Under the pieces are notes generated by a model. The model did not search any database and was not told the DNA's origin. It was given only the letters and a program-made list of their open reading frames with translations. Made by a program: the position numbers and the translations under genes. A DNA stretch of 64,000 bases, filler included, from Lama guanicoe (Eukaryota), in NCBI GenBank assembly GCA_013239625.1. It is 76 parts of 76 records of this genome, joined end to end, with 100 filler letters (N's around TTAATTAATTAA, not from the genome) between each part and the next. Parts side by side here need not be neighbours in the genome. Positions count along the whole stretch, not along the records: positions 25,715 to 26,354 come from PNXV01017675.1; positions 26,455 to 27,275 come from PNXV01017676.1; positions 27,376 to 28,133 come from PNXV01017679.1; positions 28,234 to 28,771 come from PNXV01017680.1; positions 28,872 to 29,414 come from PNXV01017682.1; positions 29,515 to 30,093 come from PNXV01017683.1; positions 30,194 to 30,474 come from MU055977.1; positions 30,575 to 31,094 come from PNXV01017688.1; 68 more parts are not named here. One strand, given 5' to 3'. Shown in pieces: positions 25,615 through 38,068 of this stretch; within the stretch, counting starts at the first letter, position 1; every line of letters starts with the position of its first letter.

Positions 25615-26789
25615 NNNNNNNNNNNNNNNNNNNNNNNNNNNNNNNNNNNNNNNNNNNNTTAATTAATTAANNNNNNNNNNNNNNNNNNNNNNNNNNNNNN
25701 NNNNNNNNNNNNNNGGCACTTGCGTGCATGTTATTTGACTAGGCTGTTACAATGAGCACATAATGAAGATCAGGGTCAGCTAGAAATTAAACCTCCTAAT
25801 CCTCAAGGCCAACTACAAAGTGAAACTTCCACCATTTTTGTTGCTGTCATTCCTTGACTGGCTGTGCCCTGGCCTTTTCTCTCCTGTCTCATAATGGAAA
25901 AGAATCTGAAAATATGGACATCTATGTATGTGTATGTACAACAGAGTGGCTTTGCTGTACTCCTGAAACTAACATTGTAAATCAACTACACATCAATTAA
26001 ACGAAAGCAAGATGTAAAAATAAGATTCCTAACCCCTTCTCCCCCACCATGCTGTATGAATGCATTTCAATTTTTTCTCATAAGTACTATAAATATTTAA
26101 TTATAAGTCGAATCTATGTATTGATCACATACGAACCTCTGCTCAAGGAGCTCCAGGGGAACTGGGATACAGACACATGAAAACTAACACACAGCGTAAC
26201 TGTGGGAATAGCTCAGAGATGCAGAAAGCAGTAAGTACAACCGCTTTGGAAAACTGTCTACCAGTGTGTGCCCCAGTGTTGTAGGTACCTTGGGAGCTAG
26301 CAGGTCCACATCCGGGGAAATATCCAGCAGAAACAGTGCACAAGTCCACACAAANNNNNNNNNNNNNNNNNNNNNNNNNNNNNNNNNNNNNNNNNNNNTT
26401 AATTAATTAANNNNNNNNNNNNNNNNNNNNNNNNNNNNNNNNNNNNNNNNNNNNCTAGAGGCCACTTCCTCGACTTGACAGCTGGTGGAGGTGCTGGGCT
26501 GAGTCCAGTTCTCTGAGAGAAGGGGGCCTGGGGAGCCCCCAGCCTCCAGGGCAGACACATCTCAAGGGCCCTGGGGCAGAGCTCTGGGACATCCCCCAGG
26601 GCCACAGGCTGGACTGAGAGGCCAAGAGGAAGGCCAGGCTGTGGAGCTCCTCCTTGTGCTCACTGGACCCACCCCCTGGGCCTGGGGCCTCCCTAGGAGG
26701 AGACGATCTCTGAGAACTGAAGCATCACTGGGTCCCAGGCTCTGTGCAGTGCACTTTCGACCCTGGGGAGGCGAGAGGGGCTGTCCAGC

Positions 26790-27067
26790 TCAGAATGGAG
26801 GGAAACCGTGATGTCCTGGAGAGAGAATAAAGCCTTTGGTCCTGAACAGGCCATTGTCTGCTAAGTAGTGCCTTAGAAGTTCCTCAAAATCAATGTCTGG
26901 TGGGCTGTCTTTATCACTGACCCCTAGCTGGGGGTCTTGGTCATGTGTCTGGCATCTTGACCAACATTAGACTCACGAGTGATTGAGTCCAAATTGGGTG
27001 CACTGTGACTGGTGGGTGCTGGCACACCCAACTCCTCCTTCAGGTCCAGGAATCGTTTCTGCACCAG
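26790..27067 (-). CDS. Candidate last two coding exons of an unidentified gene (27067-26977; 26815-26790)
   Basis: cactttccacctacttcctaccag|91-nt exon|gtgagt, 161-nt intron, ttattctctctccag|; spliced frame reads LVQKRFLDLKEELGVPAPTSHSAPNLDSITRHHGFPPF*. Confidence 0.45.
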
Positions 27068-27375
27068 CTGGTAGGAAGTAGGTGGAAAGTGACTGGCCCC
27101 GCATACATGGGTGAGGGGAGAAGCAGGGCTGGGTAGGGGGATGATGGCATTGGGGAGGAAGAGAGGGAATGTTGCCAGGACTCCAGTCAAAGTACAGATA
27201 CTAAAGCACTCCTGCTGTCCTCCTGTGACTAATTCCCAGCTGTGTGTCCTTCCTTTCCCTCTGGGCCCCCATCCTNNNNNNNNNNNNNNNNNNNNNNNNN
27301 NNNNNNNNNNNNNNNNNNNTTAATTAATTAANNNNNNNNNNNNNNNNNNNNNNNNNNNNNNNNNNNNNNNNNNNN

Positions 27376-28133
27376 TTAGGGAGAATTCATTATCTTATTT
27401 AGATACAATTTTAAAGAAATACAACTTGTCTTTTGGTTGTGATGAGAAACCTTATTGTCTACCCCCTTAACAACATTCATATAGAACATAAAGCAGTATT
27501 AATTGTAATTTTCATGTTATTACGGGGCATCCCTAGAACAGGTTTATTTTACGGCTGGAGTTTTTTGGCTTTTGAGTGCATTAATCAATTTCTCCTTTCC
27601 CAACTACTGCCTTTGTTAACTACAAATCAAATTGTTTTTTCTATAAGTGTGTTTGTTTGTTTTTGAAGTGCACTTTAATCTATAACTCTGTGTGAGTTTC
27701 TCTTACATAACATAATGTTTGCTATTTTTAATACATTTCAAACTGATCAAAAGATAAATTTAGTTTTGATAGTTGCTATTTAAAGATATTTCATAGTTAT
27801 TGACTATTCCCCACACAGTAAATTTCTTGTCCCTGATATTTTAATTTGCAACTGGAAAAATTTCTCTCTTAATTTTCCTCAACTATTTGTTTTTCTTCAC
27901 CACATTTCCCTCCTTCATTTGAGCAACCTGTTGCTTTCTATATATATAAATTCTTTTCTGTTTTGTTATGTTCATTTCTTTAAATTCCAAATATGATTCA
28001 AACTTTTCTGCATTTGTCATCCTGTGTCTGACTTCTTTCACCTAACTTATTACACTCTTGTTCTACCCATTTGTTGCAAATGACAAGAACTTATCCTTTT
28101 TATAGCTGAGTAATAACCCATTGTATTTTTATG
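27376..28133 (-). mobile_element. Degenerate L1 3' UTR, copy of the amplified unit also at 36292-37238 and 45213-46444
   Basis: Shares unusual variants such as ctacccatttgttgcaaat.acaagaa.ttat and taataacccattgtatttt with the other copies. Confidence 0.8.
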
Positions 28134-28919
28134 NNNNNNNNNNNNNNNNNNNNNNNNNNNNNNNNNNNNNNNNNNNNTTAATTAATTAANNNNNNNNNNN
28201 NNNNNNNNNNNNNNNNNNNNNNNNNNNNNNNNNATTCCAACACTCCAAAAAGGCTTTCGCATTGTTCAGAGTAAGACTGCTATTTAACTGCTTTTTATAA
28301 TATGCAGTATCACTGTCCACAACAAAGGTCCCTTCGATGATACCATAATTATTAACAGTTAGGTAATGAATAGTCACGGTGTATAGAAAATTTCTCAAAA
28401 TACTTGAGATTTTATCTACTTTTGTGAAGTTGTATATTGCAAATGTCAATAATGATGATATCAATTTCAGATACACGTATTTTTCTTCCCTTATTTCTTC
28501 CCTTTTTTTGTCTCAGTTGAAAGTCTGTTGAAACCTCACTGAATCTACTCTGCCATTCTCTATTGGCCGTATGGTAATCAGACCTGGGTAGGACTCAAAT
28601 AATATTCATTCTCTTCTCTGTATGGCTCAGAGTTAACTATAACATTTCTCTCCAAAGATGCACATTTTCCTTGCTTTAAGATAAAAACTGTATTCATACA
28701 CAAAAAAAAGTACAATGAGATTCTCGAAGATTTTTTTAATACATACCTATTTTTATTTCAAATGCTAACTTNNNNNNNNNNNNNNNNNNNNNNNNNNNNN
28801 NNNNNNNNNNNNNNNTTAATTAATTAANNNNNNNNNNNNNNNNNNNNNNNNNNNNNNNNNNNNNNNNNNNNGCCTGTGACTGACTGACCTGCCCTGGGAG
28901 ATACTTTTAAAAGCAAGTG

Positions 28920-29414
28920 AGTTTTTCCATTCTGAGTCTGTTTGTATTTTGTAAATAAGTTCAGCTGTCTTATTTTCATTTTAGATTTCACATACAGTTG
29001 ATGTCATGTTATATTTGTCTTACTCTCTCTGACTTACTTCACTTAGTATGACAATCTCTAGTTCCATCAATGATACTACAAATGGCATTATTTTAAAATC
29101 TTTTTTATGGCTGAGTGGTATTCAATTGTGTATATATGCCACATTATATTAAGTGAAGTCAAATGATGAATGTTGTATGATACCACTTATATGTGGAATC
29201 TAAAATATTATACAAATACGTACAAAACAGAAACAGACTCACAGACACAGAAAACAAACTTATGGTTACCAAAAGGAAAAGGCTGGGGGGTGGGATAAAT
29301 TAGGCGTATGGGATTAACAGATACACACTACTGTGTATAAAATAAACAATAAGGATTGACGTACTTCGGGAACTATAGTCAATATCTTGTAAACATATAA
29401 AAGGAAAAGAATCT
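28920..29414. mobile_element. Two LINE-1 3' fragments in opposite orientation (about 28920-29145 minus; 29146-29414 plus)
   Basis: ctgacttacttcacttagtatgacaatctctag then ccacttatatgtggaatctaaaa...aaacagactcacagac...ttatggttacc. Confidence 0.85.
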
Positions 29415-29559
29415 NNNNNNNNNNNNNNNNNNNNNNNNNNNNNNNNNNNNNNNNNNNNTTAATTAATTAANNNNNNNNNNNNNNNNNNNNNNNNNNNNNN
29501 NNNNNNNNNNNNNNGCAGGTAGCTTCGCAGAGAAATCCGGGGAAGAAGCAATCAAAGCA

Positions 29560-30093
29560 AGGCCTAATGAAACCACTATCAACCCAGTGTGACAGTTCCT
29601 ATTACAACAAAAACAACACGGTAAGATAAAATTCTTAGGCAACAATTTAACCAAATTTTCATATACACTTAAAACTACAAAACACTGCAGAAAAAAAATT
29701 AAAGAATACCTAAATAAATCTTCATGGATTGGAAGACAATACTGTTAAGATGCAATAGTCCCGAGATTCACTGCAATCCCTATAAAAATTCCAACTGCTG
29801 TTAGCAGAAATGGACAAACTGGTCCTAAAATTCATATGGAAATGCAAGAACCCAGAATAGCCAAAACAATCCTGAGGAAGAAGTATAGCCAAAGCAATCT
29901 TCAAAAAAAGGACACTATTGAAAAAGCACAAAGATGCAGAGAAAATATTTTCCAATCATTTATCTGTTAAGAGTCTAGTATCCAGGCTAATAAAGAACAC
30001 TTCTAATTTAACAACACAAACAACATAATTTTTAAATGGGCAAAGAATTTGAATAGATATTTCTCCAAAGATAGACAAATGGCCAATAAAAAC
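29560..30093 (+). mobile_element. Old LINE-1 ORF2 fragments
   Basis: ttcatggattggaagac; ctaaaattcatatggaaatgcaag; gaatagccaaaacaatc; aaatgggcaaagaatttgaatagatatttctccaaag. Confidence 0.88.
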
Positions 30094-30413
30094 NNNNNNN
30101 NNNNNNNNNNNNNNNNNNNNNNNNNNNNNNNNNNNNNTTAATTAATTAANNNNNNNNNNNNNNNNNNNNNNNNNNNNNNNNNNNNNNNNNNNNGCACATC
30201 ATTATGAACGTGAGGTTAACTTTAAGTCAGCTTGAAAAATACAATTTTTTGCTCAGAAACTTTCAATTTATATGAATTTTTCTGTTTTGTTTCTGATGAA
30301 AATGTGTGCACGAGGTTATGATGCTTGTTGAGTAACTCTAGTTTTGTGGCCAAGGACCACCACCTAGAGGCACCATGGGTCCTTTACGTCCGTCACTGTC
30401 CTCTGTTTGGCAG

Positions 30414-30474
30414 ATCGTGGAGGCAGTGTATGAACCAGTGCCAGAAGGCATCTACTCTGAAAAGGTGACCACCA
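30414..30474 (+). CDS. NEK10: NEK10 kinase-domain exon (partial, cut by scaffold end)
   Basis: Acceptor tcctctgtttggcag| then IVEAVYEPVPEGIYSEKVTT, matching recalled NEK10 ...ATKIVEAVYEPVPEGIYSEKVT. Confidence 0.85.
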
Positions 30475-30574
30475 NNNNNNNNNNNNNNNNNNNNNNNNNN
30501 NNNNNNNNNNNNNNNNNNTTAATTAATTAANNNNNNNNNNNNNNNNNNNNNNNNNNNNNNNNNNNNNNNNNNNN

Positions 30575-31094
30575 CACAGGGTGGTGAAGGATCACCTTGG
30601 ATGTTACTTTGAGTTCTCAGGTCTTGAATAAATCTCTTCCAGTAATGGCTTCCTTACTGGCAAAATGGGAGTACTACAAGGACTGTTACAAGGAATTATA
30701 CATCCTTTACCAAGGAATTCCTGAATAGCAGCTCTTACTCCATTTATTGCCTTTGGTCTAAGTGGATATTGTTGTATTGTTGATACAGTTACTTTAATAG
30801 GAGTAGCCGACTTGATTTTCTCCATGTCTGAGGAGGAAGATAAGGAGGAAGATGACAGTAATTCCTGAGGTACTTATGACAGTAAATTGTTAACATTCTC
30901 TCAAATCTGTTTGAACTTCTGTTTTTATAACCATCAATTTCTCAGTAATTATTTTTTACTCTTAGGTAAAAAGGCAATATGGGCATCCTATGCCTCTAAA
31001 AATCTCACTCTATCAAATGAACTAGAGCACATTTCACCAAAAGGAACACATGCTTTCCTGTGATAGTTGCTAGCTAAAAAGTTACTGGTTCTGA
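30575..31094 (-). mobile_element. Endogenous retrovirus (class I-like) pro/pol fragment, decayed
   Basis: IKSATPIKV...QQYPLRPKAINGV...GCIIPCNSPCSTPILPVRKP, followed out of frame by IQDLR: the start of a retroviral RT domain. Confidence 0.88.
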
Positions 31095-31479
31095 NNNNNN
31101 NNNNNNNNNNNNNNNNNNNNNNNNNNNNNNNNNNNNNNTTAATTAATTAANNNNNNNNNNNNNNNNNNNNNNNNNNNNNNNNNNNNNNNNNNNNTTCAAT
31201 TTAGAACACGGGGGTTGCTATTCCCTTAGATGACAAAGGCTGACAATCCTTCTTCATCTTTATGTCTTTTAGAGCACTGCGTGTTGTGTGTGAATTAATG
31301 AATGAATGTAATGTATTGCCATGAAATTTCAAAAAATTTCCTTTTAGGTAACAGTGCATAATCCAGAGAATCAAAGCTACTTGATAGCGTACAGAGATTC
31401 CCAACTCATTGTTTCATCAGCTAAGTAAGTTTTTCTGAAATGTCATGCTTTCTTTGTTTTTTCCTTTCAAACTGATGTG

Positions 31480-31717
31480 CAGTGCTGTGTTTTTTAGTGT
31501 ACAGCATTGTGATTCAGTTACAGATAGATAGATATCAGTAGATAGATTCTTTTTCATTATACGTTATTACAAGCTAGTGAATGTAGTTCCCTGTGCTCTA
31601 CAGTAGGACCTTGTTGTTTATTGATTTTGTTTCTAGTAGTTTGTGTCTGCTAATCCCAGACTCCTAATCTATGACTCCCACTTCCCCTTCCCCTTCGGTA
31701 ACTACATGTTACCAAAG
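31480..31717 (-). mobile_element. LINE-1 3' tail
   Basis: gtgtacagcattgtgattcagtta...gttccctgtgctctacagtaggaccttgttgttta. Confidence 0.8.
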
Positions 31718-32247
31718 NNNNNNNNNNNNNNNNNNNNNNNNNNNNNNNNNNNNNNNNNNNNTTAATTAATTAANNNNNNNNNNNNNNNNNNNNNNNNNNN
31801 NNNNNNNNNNNNNNNNNGTTCCTTCCTGGGTATGTTTTGTGGGTGCTTTCTCCCAGTCCTAAACTTATCTACTAATTCTCTTATTGGTGAAGTTTAAAAC
31901 TTTGGTAAGATCTAATTTATCAATGTTTTCCCATTGTAGTTTCTGCTCTCTGTGTCTTGCCTAAGAAATATTTTCTTATCCTAAGTTGGTGAAGATATTC
32001 GGTTTTATTCTAGATACTTTTAAGTTTATATCTATGATTTGTCTCTAATATTTTTTTTTACCAGATGCGTACGTTGCATTTAATATTAAAAAAATAACTA
32101 ATTAAAGAAAAACATGTAGGAGTCAGTGGGAACATTACTGGCCTTGAAACCCAAGGTGTATCTTGGTTGTGTCCAGCCAGGTGGCCTTGGGCAGGTCCCT
32201 ATCTAGGGAACAAAGTGACCCACTGAAGGTCAGTGCATGTGTGTGTA

Positions 32248-32329
32248 TTTTTTTTTTAAGTACTGGAGATTGAACCCAGGGCCTCGGCATGCTAAGCATG
32301 TGCTCTGCCACTGAGCTATACTCAACCCC
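32248..32329 (-). mobile_element. tRNA-Ala-derived SINE (Vic-1 type)
   Basis: Reverse complement TATAGCTCAGTGGCAGAGCACATGCTTAGCATG...CTGGGTTCAATCTCCAGTAC + poly-A; A and B boxes present. Confidence 0.88.
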
Positions 32330-32782
32330 TACAACTGTCTTTTTTGTGTGTTTTTTGTTTTTCAGTGAAGTGTCTTTGAAATCTAATTGGAGACACTGCT
32401 CAGCAGTGAGGACACATGACTCTCCAGAAGGCTGACGTACAAGAAAATGTGGAACTCCCAGCGCCCAGTGCTGACGAGGGCCGGGGGTCCCCCTCCACAG
32501 CCTGGGCAGTGGGTGGCCGCCCCGAGGCAGACCTTTAGCCTTCCTGCTAGCTGGAGCTGGCCACAAGGGGGCACTGTGACAGCAGATTTCTAGGCCAGCT
32601 TGGTTCTGCCAGCTGCGACCATGCAGGGTTGGTCCCTGCCTGCTTGTGCAAGGGTGGTGTTGGCTCTCTGGGGGCAGAGGGGNNNNNNNNNNNNNNNNNN
32701 NNNNNNNNNNNNNNNNNNNNNNNNNNTTAATTAATTAANNNNNNNNNNNNNNNNNNNNNNNNNNNNNNNNNNNNNNNNNNNN

Positions 32783-33528
32783 CTGCCGACCGTTGGTGGA
32801 ACCTCCCCAAGCTGAGGATTCCGGAACCATTTTCAGTACGTGGGGGAGATCGTGAGAGAACTCCACGCAGCTCTCTTCATTCACAGGAGTTCCCTGTTCG
32901 GGGAAGTCGGTGAAATATATTCCCTGACCTTGGGGAGGCAGCGTATGTCACTGGGATATCCTGCAAACCCCCNNNNNNNNNNNNNNNNNNNNNNNNNNNN
33001 NNNNNNNNNNNNNNNNNNNNNNNNNNNNNNNNNNNNNNNNNNNNNNNNNNNNNNNNNNNNNNNNNNNNNNNNNNNNNNNNNNNNNNNNNNNNNNNNNNNN
33101 NNNNNNNNNNNNNNNNNNNNNNNNNNNNNNNNNNNNNNNNNNNNNNNNNNNNNNNNNNNNNNNNNNNNNNNNNNNNNNNNNNNNNNNNNNNNNNNNNNNN
33201 NNNNNNNNNNNNNNNNNNNNNNNNNNNNNNNNNNNNNNNNNNNNNNNNNNNNNNNNNNNNNNNNNNNNNNNNNNNNNNNNNNNNNNNNNNNNNNNNNNNN
33301 NNNNNNNNNNNNNNNNNNNNNNNNNNNNNNNNNNNNNNNNNNNNNNNNNNNNNNNNNNNNNNNNNNNNNNNNNNNNNNNNNNNNNNNNNNNNNNNNNNNN
33401 NNNNNNNNNNNNNNNNNNNNNNNNNNNNNGAAGTCCGAGCCTTCCCTGAACTTGGGGAGGAAGCCTCGTTCACTTGGATATCCTGCAAACACCCGTAGCA
33501 TTCCCTGGCACAGAGACATTAGGAAAAC
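32783..33528 (-). repeat. Satellite family B
   Basis: ctgccgaccgttggtggaacctcccc is the reverse complement of the 16806-17947 monomer. Confidence 0.95.
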
Positions 33529-33779
33529 NNNNNNNNNNNNNNNNNNNNNNNNNNNNNNNNNNNNNNNNNNNNTTAATTAATTAANNNNNNNNNNNNNNNN
33601 NNNNNNNNNNNNNNNNNNNNNNNNNNNNTGATGCCCAATCCTGCCTGGCCAGTCTGCAACATCTGACTGCAGCATCGTGCAGGGCAGTGACAAGCCAGCC
33701 TATTGTAAAGAGAGCTGAATCTGAACCAGTGTTGGGTTTAGGAGCGATCTGCTTGCCAACATGCCTTGGGAGCACCACA

Positions 33780-34488
33780 GATGAGGGCTCCAATGGAGGG
33801 TCTCAGGAAACAACAGGCTAAGCTTCCAAAACAGGATGAATACAGAAAAATTTCACATTAAAATTACACAGTCTCCAGGAGGACACTGACCACCCCCAAG
33901 TTTTAATCTATTTTACCTATTCCATTTTCCATTACCCTCCTAATTTTTACTTCTTATGCAATTATATATACCCCCATTTAAATCCCTTTGAAATTTTTAA
34001 AAATATTTTTATTATTATTTATCAGATTTCTGCTTCAACTTGCTTTTCTATTATTCATTATACAATGACTTAAAAGCTTTTGTTCTCCTTTCTTTAAAAT
34101 TCTTCATCTCTCTCTCTCTTTTTTCCATTTTCTAAGTTGTATTACTACATAGGTATTAGGTAGATAAACTCTTTAAGGACCACAGTAGATAACTGATATT
34201 CCATAAATCACAGTGCCAGAGATGTAGGTGACCATAAATCACCAGAGATGTAGGTGCAAGATGAAGAAGCTGAGAAACCATTCACAATTAAAAGAACAAG
34301 AGATATCCCCTGAATTTATAATCAGTGAAATAGACATCAATATCCTACTAGATCAAGATTTCAAAAAAATAGTGATCATATTATTGAAGGAAATAAAAGA
34401 TAGTATTTAGAGATATAAAATATGTTAAAAATGAAATGGAAGGTATAAAGAAGTGCCGAGTAGAATTAGTAAACCCATTGACTGAGAT
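33780..34488 (+). mobile_element. LINE-1 5' UTR end and ORF1 N-terminus, decayed
   Basis: T-rich tract followed by MKKLRNHSQLKEQEISPE...LLDQDFKKIVIILLKEIK, typical L1 ORF1 start. Confidence 0.8.
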
Positions 34489-34588
34489 NNNNNNNNNNNN
34501 NNNNNNNNNNNNNNNNNNNNNNNNNNNNNNNNTTAATTAATTAANNNNNNNNNNNNNNNNNNNNNNNNNNNNNNNNNNNNNNNNNNNN

Positions 34589-35084
34589 TATAGAATACAG
34601 AATACTGAATATAGAATTAAGAATATAGTATGTAGAACACATTATAAAGATTATAGAATACAGAATGCAGAATATAGAATGTAGAATATATAATGAAAAC
34701 ACAAAATATACAATATATAATAGAGAATATAGAAGCCAGAAATTAGAACATGGAATGCAGAACACAGAATTTAGAATATACAATACAGAATACTGANNNN
34801 NNNNNNNNNNNNNNNNNNNNNNNNNNNNNNNNNNNNNNNNNNNNNNNNNNNNNNNNNNNNNNNNNNNNNNNNNNNNNNNNNNNNNNTAGAATATAGAATA
34901 TGGAAATCAGAATACACAACCCAGAATTTAGAACATGGAATTCAGAACACAGACTATAGAATATAGAATAGAGAATATTGAATACAGAATTTACAATATA
35001 GACTGTATAACACAGAAGATAGAATATAGAATAAGTAATACAGAATATAGATTGTAGAATATAGAATTAAAAACACAAAATTTA
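34589..35084 (+). repeat. Satellite family C
   Basis: Heptamer GAATATA variants; 34591-34709 nearly identical to 49451-49569. Confidence 0.95.
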
Positions 35085-35734
35085 NNNNNNNNNNNNNNNN
35101 NNNNNNNNNNNNNNNNNNNNNNNNNNNNTTAATTAATTAANNNNNNNNNNNNNNNNNNNNNNNNNNNNNNNNNNNNNNNNNNNNTTGCTGTGGGGATTAA
35201 TGAATCTGTGTCAGTGTTAGAACAGCCCTGGCTGATAGTAAGCACTATGCATCTGTCAGCTCTTTTCATAATTGCTGACAGATGTTATTATCAACCAAAG
35301 AAGTATTAGTTCTTTGTAAGGGAAATACATGTTAGACCATTTCATTTATCATTTTCTGTAATTCAGGATTTTTCCCTCTGAAATATCATTTTCTGTGTGT
35401 GCACTAGGAAGCCACAGGGCTTTCTAAATTTCATCTCTCTGGGTTCAGATGGCAATACTGCAGAGTGTTGACATTTTTTAAGGACTCCGTCTGAGATGAC
35501 AGCAACCTCTCAAATTTGGGAGAGCTTCTCTAACTGACAACATCTCGCTTGAAACGAAGTGTTTAAAATATAACAGCTTCAGATGCTTAAAGATGCCATA
35601 AATGCAAGGATGTTATATCTAAGCTCTTTAAATANNNNNNNNNNNNNNNNNNNNNNNNNNNNNNNNNNNNNNNNNNNNTTAATTAATTAANNNNNNNNNN
35701 NNNNNNNNNNNNNNNNNNNNNNNNNNNNNNNNNN

Positions 35735-36191
35735 TGTGCCACCTGAAAGATGCTTTGACTGTTTCCCTACGTCCAGCACACACTCGAACTAGTGTTCTGG
35801 TATTCTGAGTGTGGTTAGGTTCCTCAAACAGACAGCAGCATCTGGGTTCTATTAGTATCCCTTAGCTTCTGTTCCCTGAGTGTTCTTTTAGGCCAGGCCA
35901 TGAGGGAAAGCTGGTGATTGGGCTTGGAGGCCACGTAGCAGTGAGTGCCCCCTGATCCATTGAGGAAGTACTTAGAGGACTTCAAACACATTTTCCTCCA
36001 TTCATCTGGGTGCAATGGGGCTGCACATCTCTCCCACACCTAAGAATGTGTTCTGGAATTCTGAGTGCAGGGAAGTTCCTCCAACTGACAGCAGCGCCTG
36101 GGCTCTAATTGAATCCCTTTGCCTGTCTTCCCTGATGGAATACCTAGGCGGGAGTGCGGGGGACATTGTGGTTTGGGCTCCGAAACCAAGT
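35735..36191 (+). repeat. Satellite family A
   Basis: Colinear with 6700-7170, with the same order of monomer variants. Confidence 0.93.
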
Positions 36192-36291
36192 NNNNNNNNN
36201 NNNNNNNNNNNNNNNNNNNNNNNNNNNNNNNNNNNTTAATTAATTAANNNNNNNNNNNNNNNNNNNNNNNNNNNNNNNNNNNNNNNNNNNN

Positions 36292-37238
36292 ATTTTCATT
36301 TATTTTAAATTACAAGTATGAGTAAAACCATTCAGAATTTTTCAGTCCCTGTCTGACTTATTTCACTTATAATATTATATTCTTTGTCTACCCATTTGTT
36401 GCAAATAACAAGAATTTATTCATTTTAGAGCTAAGTAATAACCCATTGTATTTTATGTGTGTGTGTGCATATTTTTATTTGTGTGTATATATATATATAC
36501 ATATAGATAAATCTGTAGTTAATAGATGTGTAGATATATATACTATAAACACACATATTCTTTATCCATTATCTATTAATGAGCAATTAATTTGCTTCTA
36601 TATCCTGGCTATTGTAACTAATGCCACAATGAATATGGGGTTGAATTTATCTTTTCTGATTAGTGTTTCTGTTTTCTTGGAATAAGTACCCTGATATGGA
36701 ATTGTTGGATCATATTTCATTTTTAATTTTAAGATAAAACTCCATACTGTTTTCCACAGTGGAAGCACAAATATACATTCACTCCAGCAGTGCATCAGGG
36801 TTGTTTTTCTTACATCCTCACCAACACTTATATTTGTTATCTTTTTGATAATAGTCATTCTGACAGGAGTGACATAAAACCTCATTGTGTTTTGGACTTG
36901 CATTTTTCTGATGGTTAGTGATGTTGACCGATTTCATGTGCCTGTTGGTTACCTTTTCCCCACTGTATATTCATTTTTATAATGGGCTAATTGACCATAA
37001 CACTCTGATTTCATTTTTAGACGTTCTCTTGTGTTCCATTATTCTGTTTGTTCTGTGCCACTACCATATTCTTTTTAATACTGCAGCTTTGTATGATAGC
37101 TTAAAATCTGGGACTGTGATACATCCTGTTTGTACTTTGTCAAAGTTGTTTGTATCTTTTCTTGTCTTTTATTTTAGTGATTTCAACTTTTATGTGTTTA
37201 TATGTAAATTTAATAATTAATTTTTGTGTCTGAAAATG
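36292..37238 (-). mobile_element. Degenerate, internally deleted L1 3' region (amplified unit)
   Basis: Antisense L1 motifs (ccatactgttttccacagtgg; gtcattctgacaggagtga); colinear with reverse complement of 45213-46100. Confidence 0.85.
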
Positions 37239-37806
37239 NNNNNNNNNNNNNNNNNNNNNNNNNNNNNNNNNNNNNNNNNNNNTTAATTAATTAANNNNNN
37301 NNNNNNNNNNNNNNNNNNNNNNNNNNNNNNNNNNNNNNGCACCCACATTCTCTGGCAAACCACACACTAGGCAGCTCTAGATGATCTAAGAGAGGACCCT
37401 TCAATGAACATATATGCACCAAAGTCAGGCAGAAGGCTGCCTGTGACCTTGGGAATCCAAACCAGCTTGTCCTGTTAATCAGCATATTACACATCTAAAG
37501 AACATGTGCGCCAGATGAAGACGATGCCTTAGACTGCGTTGGCGGTTATGTCCAGCAGTGTGTAAGGACAAGTCATGCTCTGGTAGATGGGAGCATAATG
37601 GGAGCATTTTGGTTGCTTTAAGTTTGCTACTGAAGGGCTGGGACATTTCATTGGGCCTTGAAACTCCAGACCTCTTTACTCACAAAGGCAGACAAGTTAG
37701 GTGAGCCAGCTCAGCCTTTATTCCAACTTCCTAACCAAAAGGCTATGAGGTTGAAAATATATTTCTGAGACTCTACTGCAGCAAGGGTTCCTGATGTGGC
37801 TTCAAA

Positions 37807-38068
37807 AATGCCCATCAGAGATTGAGATATGCAAATATTAACTACTATATATAAAAATAGCTTAAAAAAACTAAATTTCTTCTGTATAGCACAGGGAACT
37901 ATATTTAATATCTTGTAATACCCTTTAATGAAAAAGAATATGAAAAGGAATTCATACATATAAATGTGTATATGAAAGATTGGAACATTGTGCTGTGCAT
38001 CAGAAATTGACACACTGTAACTGACTATACTTCAATTAAAAAAAACATATAAATATAATGCCCATCAG
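37807..38068 (+). mobile_element. 5'-truncated LINE-1 insertion with target-site duplication
   Basis: aatgcccatcag at 37807-37818 and 38057-38068 flank an L1 3' UTR ending gactatacttcaattaaaaaaaa. Confidence 0.92.

Noticed and set aside
28186..28476. 81-codon open frame on the minus strand
   Set aside because: No recognisable homology or convincing splice signals; AT-rich.
28920..29414. Twin-priming inversion
   Set aside because: The two opposed L1 pieces cover overlapping 3' sequence, which better fits two independent insertions.
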